Positions 30,423 to 35,942 of a stretch of DNA of 35,942 bases are shown piece by piece (within the stretch, counting starts at the first letter, position 1; each line of letters starts with the position of its first letter). A model generated the notes under the pieces. That model saw only the letters and a program-made list of their open reading frames with translations, ran no database searches and had not been told where the DNA came from. The translations under genes and the position numbers were made by a program. Source of the stretch: a virus; the IMG/VR virus record IMGVR_UViG_3300042347_000453; one strand, 5' to 3'.

Positions 30423-32596
30423 ATCCAGTAGACGCAAGCACAAAATGGCTGGCTGAGTTAAAACTTGCCAAACGCGAAGATGAGAAGTTTATTGAGCGTG
30501 GCGACAGGATAATCAGACGTTATCGTGACGACCGCAAAAACTTCACGACATACGGTAGGCGATTCAATATACTCTGGTCGAACGTTGAGACCCTGAAACC
30601 CGCCCTATACGGAAAAACCCCTAGAGCCGAAGTATCAAGACGTTGGAAGGATTCTGACCCGGTTGGACGCACTGCTTCGGTGATTATAGAACGCTGTTTA
30701 CAGTACGAGATTGACAAGGGCGATTTTGACGCCTCGATGCGGCTGGCGATAAGTGACAGACTGCTTCCGGGACGCGGTACGGTGTGGGTGCGGTTTGAGG
30801 AAAAAGAACTCGCCCAGCCTGTTGACGCTTTGCCCGGTGTGGAAGGTGGCGAGGCGCAGGTCATGCCAAACGCACCTTATAAATACGAATGCACCCCAGT
30901 AGATTATGTCTTCTGGAAAGATGTGAGATATTCACCCGCTAGATGTTGGGATGAAGTGACATGGATCGCCCGTAGGGTGTACATGAGCCAAGAGGATGGC
31001 ATTAAGCGATTTGGCGAGGATTTTAAGCAAGTTCCATTAACTCACGAGCCTGTTGGCCTAGATGAGATGGAAAAGATGGGTGTTGAAGGCCTGGACGACA
31101 TGAAAAAAGCCGTTGTCTGGGAAATATGGAGCAAGACGACAAAGCAGGTCTTCTGGGTGTCTGAGGGATACTCTAAGACGCTGGACATTAAAGACGATCC
31201 GCTCGGTTTAGATAATTTCTGGCCATGCCCCAAGCCTTTATTTTCTACCCAAACCACCGAGACTTTAGTACCCATACCCGATTACAGCCTTTACCAAGAC
31301 CAAGCCGAAGAGATTGATATGCTAACCAACCGGATAGCAAAGTTAGTCGAAGCGGTTAAAGTCGTGGGTGTCTATGACGCAAGCCAGCAAAGCGTACAAA
31401 GGATGTTAAGCGAGGGCGTGGATAACCAGTTAATATCTGTGGATACTTGGGCAGCTTTTGCCGAAAAGGGCGGGCTAAAGGGTGTCGTGGACTTCATGCC
31501 GCTCGATTCTGTCCTTCAAGCTTTAAGAGAATGCTATGCAGCCAGAGAGCAAGCGAAGCAGGTGGTGTATGAGATTACTGGACTGTCTGACATCATTCGC
31601 GGTGCGTCGATAGCTTCAGAAACGGCTACCGCGCAACAGATTAAAAGCCAGTACGCTTCACTGAGACTGAAACGCCTACAGACCGAAGTGGCGCAGTTTG
31701 CTTCGGAAGTGCTGAGAATCAAAGCCCAGATAATGTGCGATTTTTACGCACCCCAGACGCTTGTCGAGATGTCTGGAATCATGGGGACAATGGACGCTCA
31801 ATACGCAGAGCAGGCCATTATGTTGTTGAAGTCTGAGCCCGCCAGAGGTTTCAGGATTGAGGTTGCCTCTGATTCACTGGTAGAAATGGACGAGGCCAGC
31901 GAAAAACAGAGCCGGATTGAGTTTCTGGGCGCGGTCGGTCAGTTTATGGATAGAGCCTTACCCGTAACCCAACAAGTGCCAGAACTCGCCCCGCTTATGG
32001 GTGAGATGTTGATGTTTGGCGTTCGGGCATTCAAAGGCGGCAGAATGATGGAATCTGCCTTTGATGAAGCCTTGGCAAAACTTAACGCACCAAAACCGCC
32101 TGAACAACCTCAACCGGATCCGGAACAAATGAAAGCCGAGGCTATGATGCAGGTTGAACAGGGCAAGATGCAGCTAGAACAGGCAAAAATACAAACTCAA
32201 GGACAGATTGAGCAATTTAAGGCGCAGCAGGCTAAAGAATTAGAGCAGATGCGGCAAGAATACGAATCGGCTAGAGAACAAGTCAGACAAGAAGCCGAGA
32301 CGAAACGCTTGCAAATGAAAGCCCAGATTGAGGCAGAAACAAAGCTACAAATAGCCGAAATGCAGCGCAGTTTATCTGAAAAGCCAGCCGTATCAGTCGA
32401 AATTGCTGGCGAGGAAAAACTAAGTGAGGTAGGTGAGCAAGTAAAACAAATGGCTGACATGCAACAAAGTGCAGTATTGCAAGCCGTCGAAATGCTTGCC
32501 GAGGCCGTCGAAAAGATGAATAAACCGAGACGCAAATTGTTGCAACGCGGCGAAGATGGCAGGGCAATTGGCGTGATTGAAATAGAGGAAGACTGA
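30419..32596 (+). CDS. Portal protein (725 aa) with a long C-terminal Q/E/K coiled coil
   Basis: Size, and position after terL. Starts at the ATG at 30419 (ATGA overlap). The C-terminal ~150 aa form a helical barrel-like repeat of Q/E/K/A. Confidence 0.75.
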   Translation: MNPVDASTKWLAELKLAKREDEKFIERGDRIIRRYRDDRKNFTTYGRRFNILWSNVETLKPALYGKTPRAEVSRRWKDSDPVGRTASVIIERCLQYEIDKGDFDASMRLAISDRLLPGRGTVWVRFEEKELAQPVDALPGVEGGEAQVMPNAPYKYECTPVDYVFWKDVRYSPARCWDEVTWIARRVYMSQEDGIKRFGEDFKQVPLTHEPVGLDEMEKMGVEGLDDMKKAVVWEIWSKTTKQVFWVSEGYSKTLDIKDDPLGLDNFWPCPKPLFSTQTTETLVPIPDYSLYQDQAEEIDMLTNRIAKLVEAVKVVGVYDASQQSVQRMLSEGVDNQLISVDTWAAFAEKGGLKGVVDFMPLDSVLQALRECYAAREQAKQVVYEITGLSDIIRGASIASETATAQQIKSQYASLRLKRLQTEVAQFASEVLRIKAQIMCDFYAPQTLVEMSGIMGTMDAQYAEQAIMLLKSEPARGFRIEVASDSLVEMDEASEKQSRIEFLGAVGQFMDRALPVTQQVPELAPLMGEMLMFGVRAFKGGRMMESAFDEALAKLNAPKPPEQPQPDPEQMKAEAMMQVEQGKMQLEQAKIQTQGQIEQFKAQQAKELEQMRQEYESAREQVRQEAETKRLQMKAQIEAETKLQIAEMQRSLSEKPAVSVEIAGEEKLSEVGEQVKQMADMQQSAVLQAVEMLAEAVEKMNKPRRKLLQRGEDGRAIGVIEIEED

Positions 32597-32997
32597 TGCC
32601 TAATGCAATTTATCCTAAGTTCAAAGAAGCACTGTGGTTACAGTCGGCCAACAGCAACGCTAACACTGGAACCGTTAAAGTTGCGTTAGTAGATACTGGT
32701 GTTTATACCTACAGCGCGGCTCATGAGTTTCTGACAAGTTTGACGGGTGTGGTCGGAACCGCGCAAATAGTAGGCTCCAAGACGTTCACTGATGGCGTAT
32801 TTGACGGCACAGACGTGACTTATACCGCAGTGACCGGAAACAGCGCAGAAGCACTTGTTTTTTACATTGACACCGGAACGGCGGCAACATCGAGACTGGT
32901 TTCTTACATCGACAGTGGTTTTAGTGGGCTTCCCGTTACACCTAACGGCGGCGATATTACGCTTTCATTCAACGCTTCCGGTATTTTTGCACTATAA
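32596..32997 (+). CDS. Hypothetical virion-module protein (133 aa)
   Basis: TGATG overlap with portal. Confidence 0.6.
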   Translation: MPNAIYPKFKEALWLQSANSNANTGTVKVALVDTGVYTYSAAHEFLTSLTGVVGTAQIVGSKTFTDGVFDGTDVTYTAVTGNSAEALVFYIDTGTAATSRLVSYIDSGFSGLPVTPNGGDITLSFNASGIFAL

Positions 32998-33006
32998 GGG
33001 TAAAAA

Positions 33007-34566
33007 ATGGCTAATAACGTAATTTTGCCCGGTACTGGTGAGCCAATAGCCACAGATGACATAGGTACAGCACCAAACAACGCGCACTATCAGCGCTATA
33101 AGCTGACCGATGGCTTAGAAGATTCGACCGTACCTGCGAGAGTAAAAGCGACAAACGCAGACGCTAATGATGCTGGCATTGTTGTTCGCCCCACACCGCA
33201 AGACACATGGTCAGTGAGTTTTACGCGAGTAAGTGCCTCGGCACTCAATAGCCCGGAAATGACACAGCGCAGGCTTGGTACGGGCATGGGCGTTTCGCAG
33301 TCGGCAGGCAATTTAGTAGTGACGACAGGAACAACGGCAAACAGTGAATTTTTAGCACGCTCTACTGTCACATTTAACGGCGCACTTATTGAGCGACACC
33401 AAACTATATTGAGCCAGCGTATTGCCAACAACAACTTCGCGGTATTACTGGCTGACCGTATTGCTGAAGGTGCCTCGTGTACGATTAACAGCGCTACAAG
33501 TATTACAGTAACAGTTACCGCTCACGGCTTCACTGCGGCAAATGTTGGCCAGTCTATGAATATTGGCGCTATTAACGGCGCAAACGGTGTGCCGGGACGC
33601 TACGCTATTGCTTCCATTCCGTCGGTCGATACCATTACTTTCACGGTGGCTGGCTGGCCTGCCTCTGGTTCATGCACGGTTGACCTATTTGGCTGGAACT
33701 ATGTACGGTGGTTGTATTCAGGCACGACTGCCACTAACGCTGCGATTGATGCTCAACGGTACGGCTGGAACAGCGGCGACACGACAGCCACCATCAACAC
33801 GACTGCTTCGCCGGGTCACATGGCGCAGACGGCAATTGACGGTCGAAATATCTATTTTTCTGATGCATTAGTCGCATCAAGTACAACACCCGCAGTAGTG
33901 GTGCGCGGTCATAGATACGTGAATATTCCCGATGATGAAATCGAGTTATTTATGTACTTATGGGCGTTTAACGGCTCAACGGCTCCAGCTAGTACGACAA
34001 CATGGACAGTGGGCTTTGTAGCGGTTGAAGATGTTGTAAATACACCTGTTTACTTAGCGGGAATTCGACAACAGGGTTTTTCATCCCCGCTTCCCGTAGT
34101 ATTTCCTGCTACGCCAGCAGTTACAGTATCAAGCGGGACGGTTACATTATCTGCTAATACCCCTACACTGGCGGCAGGCACAAACTTAGCTGCTGACTTT
34201 GGCGTTCAATACCGCGCCAGTGCGACAGGCGCAGGTACTTTAACTAATGTGAACTGTCCAGCCACACCCGCAGCACAGCAGTTAAAAGGAACGGCTGGAC
34301 GTTTAATAGGTATTGTTATAACAAACACATCAGCATCAGATAGATGGTTGAAACTTTTTAATGCTACTTCCGCATCCGTCACACCTGGTACTACTTCGGC
34401 ATTGTCTGAAGTCGGCATTAAAGCGGGGCAAGCTATTAGATTTACGTTCGAAGGTGGCGCAGCATTCTCCACTGCAATAACAATAATGATTACAGGCGGT
34501 CAAGGGCTGACAAATAACACGGCGGTGACGTTAGGTGACGTTACCGGATTTGCAATTTTTGCATGA
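33007..34566 (+). CDS. Large virion-module protein (519 aa), function unknown
   Basis: T/A/G/V-rich and beta-rich. Lies between the portal and scaffold genes. Confidence 0.6.
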   Translation: MANNVILPGTGEPIATDDIGTAPNNAHYQRYKLTDGLEDSTVPARVKATNADANDAGIVVRPTPQDTWSVSFTRVSASALNSPEMTQRRLGTGMGVSQSAGNLVVTTGTTANSEFLARSTVTFNGALIERHQTILSQRIANNNFAVLLADRIAEGASCTINSATSITVTVTAHGFTAANVGQSMNIGAINGANGVPGRYAIASIPSVDTITFTVAGWPASGSCTVDLFGWNYVRWLYSGTTATNAAIDAQRYGWNSGDTTATINTTASPGHMAQTAIDGRNIYFSDALVASSTTPAVVVRGHRYVNIPDDEIELFMYLWAFNGSTAPASTTTWTVGFVAVEDVVNTPVYLAGIRQQGFSSPLPVVFPATPAVTVSSGTVTLSANTPTLAAGTNLAADFGVQYRASATGAGTLTNVNCPATPAAQQLKGTAGRLIGIVITNTSASDRWLKLFNATSASVTPGTTSALSEVGIKAGQAIRFTFEGGAAFSTAITIMITGGQGLTNNTAVTLGDVTGFAIFA

Positions 34567-34573
34567 GGAATAT

Positions 34574-34738
34574 ATGACACTCGAATTTTTAATTGATATG
34601 TGTGAAAAGCGGTTAAATCATTTGACCGTGCAGCGTGCATCCGCTTCGGAAATTGGCGACATTAGCCAGATCGAACGTATTGACGCAGAAATTACAACCA
34701 CACAAACAACATTAAATCAACTCAATAGCCTGATTTAA
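34574..34738 (+). CDS. Hypothetical protein (54 aa)
   Basis: ATG at 34574 after gaggaatat. Confidence 0.5.
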   Translation: MTLEFLIDMCEKRLNHLTVQRASASEIGDISQIERIDAEITTTQTTLNQLNSLI

Positions 34739-35298
34739 TGCTGCTGCTGTTTTTCCAGCCGACTACTGGCAATCAAACCTTAACGCAAACCGCAAGGTTT
34801 AACAATGCCCAGACTTTTTATAGTGGCACTGTTACGCAGGCTGGAGGAACGCAGACACTAACGCAAACGGCGCGGTTTAATAATGCCAATGCGTTTTATG
34901 GCGGGACAGTAACCCAAAGCGGCGGAACGCAGACAGTAACGCAAACCGTCCGCTTTAACAATACGCAAGTATTCTACGGCGGCACGGTCTCTGGTGGAGA
35001 ACAGACTACCGGAGGCCATTATTACGAGTTTTGGCGTAAAAAATGGGCAAAACAGTGGGAAACCAAAACCCCGGACATTGAAGAAGTCATAGAGTTCATT
35101 GAGGAAGAACCAGAACAAGCTATAGAAGTGGCGGCAACAGTCGCGCCAAAATATGCATCAATTCAGCCAGAAACGCTCAAAATCAATGAAAAATTAGCAG
35201 AAAACATCGCTAATCAAATAATTGTTGCAATAAAAATACAACAGCTTAAAATCGCGCAAGAGGAAGAAGATATAGAAACCCTATTATTGATAGCCTAA
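34738..35298 (+). CDS. Repeat-containing protein (186 aa): three 26-aa repeats plus an acidic C-terminus
   Basis: QTLTQTARFNNAQTFYSGTVTQAGGT repeated three times, followed by an E-rich tail. Confidence 0.6.
   Translation: MLLLFFQPTTGNQTLTQTARFNNAQTFYSGTVTQAGGTQTLTQTARFNNANAFYGGTVTQSGGTQTVTQTVRFNNTQVFYGGTVSGGEQTTGGHYYEFWRKKWAKQWETKTPDIEEVIEFIEEEPEQAIEVAATVAPKYASIQPETLKINEKLAENIANQIIVAIKIQQLKIAQEEEDIETLLLIA
34774..35007 (+). repeat. In-frame tandem repeat, 3 x 78 nt
   Basis: Three diverged 78-nt units encode the 26-aa repeats. Confidence 0.8.
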
Positions 35299-35302
35299 GA
35301 CT

Positions 35303-35593
35303 ATGCCCAGACAAAGATACATACAGCACAACGGCGAACTGATACCGGCCGAAGAGTTCTATTCCAGAGAATATTCCGCGCCGATGATAATGCCGGACAT
35401 TCAGCCTTACCAAAGTCAGGCAACTGGCGAAATGATTACCAGCCGAAGCCAGCACCGTGAACATCTAAAACGTCACGGATTAATCGAAATCGGAAACGAA
35501 ATCGACCACCACATGAAAAAACAGCAACGGCCAGACGACCGGGAAGCCCGGCGTAGGACTATTGCCGAAGTATTGAATTCAAAAGGTTATTAA
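35303..35593 (+). CDS. Hypothetical protein (96 aa)
   Basis: ORF track entry, directly upstream of the scaffold gene. Confidence 0.6.
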   Translation: MPRQRYIQHNGELIPAEEFYSREYSAPMIMPDIQPYQSQATGEMITSRSQHREHLKRHGLIEIGNEIDHHMKKQQRPDDREARRRTIAEVLNSKGY

Positions 35594-35605
35594 AAGGAAA
35601 CCACT

Positions 35606-35942
35606 ATGCCATCCATAGCCGAAGCCCTAGAAAGCGCACTCGAACAACACGAAACGACAGAGGCCGAAGTCGCGCCAGAGGTTGCCCCCGAAGTAACCAC
35701 GGAAGTAACTAAAGAACCGAGAGCCAGGTCAGAGGATGGCAAGTTTGCCAAGAAAGAACCCGAAGCCACACCAGAAGTTGCCCCAGAACCCGCCCCGCGC
35801 AAAGCCCCGTCAAGTTGGAAACCCGCAGCACAAGAAGCTTTCCTAAAGGCTGACCGCGGTGAGGCATTGACTGCCGAAGAGATTAAGCTACTAACACAAG
35901 AAGCTGAACGACGCGAATCTGACTTTCATAAGGGCGTTTCAG
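35606..35942 (+). CDS. Capsid scaffolding protein, 5' portion (continues at base 128 / wraps to 1..780)
   Basis: aaaggaaaccactATG start. Acidic PEV/PEA-rich N-terminus. Runs off the contig end in frame with 1..780. Confidence 0.65.
   Translation, partial: MPSIAEALESALEQHETTEAEVAPEVAPEVTTEVTKEPRARSEDGKFAKKEPEATPEVAPEPAPRKAPSSWKPAAQEAFLKADRGEALTAEEIKLLTQEAERRESDFHKGVS
35816..35942. repeat. Terminal direct repeat, copy 2 (identical to 1..127)
   Basis: Base-by-base identity with the first 127 nt. Confidence 0.95.

Noticed and set aside
1-35942. CRISPR arrays, intact tRNA/tmRNA genes, integrase/attP, toxin-antitoxin pair at the RHH gene
   Set aside because: No regularly spaced repeats and no complete cloverleaf were found. 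No tyrosine or serine recombinase motifs were seen. The gene downstream of the RHH protein is a RuvC-like resolvase, not a toxin.

Overview
This window is a complete tailed dsDNA phage genome. Bases 1..127 are identical to 35816..35942, so the contig closes on itself and the unique length is 35,815 bp. Every convincing gene is on the + strand except one HNH homing endonuclease. The late block runs from 28.1 kb through the contig junction to 14.5 kb. It holds terS, terL, portal, a scaffold gene split by the contig ends, major capsid, T7-like tail-tubular A/B-like genes, a GNAT-like gene, three large internal-virion-like proteins, a tail fiber, an atypical lysis cassette and a strong terminator. 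The early block (14.55-28.1 kb) has about 50 small genes with lambdoid-type functions: ERF, NinB, YbcO-like, RuvC-like, NinX-like, an O-like initiator with in-gene iterons, and a P-like protein. Six near-identical sigma70-type promoters drive it. I found no integrase, repressor, DNA or RNA polymerase, intact tRNA or CRISPR. Main observations: (1) at 23.10-23.48 kb a GC-rich 79-aa ORF is bracketed by two ~58-bp hairpins that match integron attC architecture point by point, in a genome with no integron integrase; (2) at 26.92-27.40 kb an ORF-free GC-rich block consists of back-to-back long hairpins with conserved flanking modules and has no obvious function; (3) a Rap1a/Tai4-like periplasmic immunity protein is present, and the lysis cassette has only papain-like and YkuD-like candidate hydrolases; (4) stereotyped gene-boundary sequences and a partial gene duplication mark modular recombination. 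All family names come from motif recognition by eye. No database search was run.
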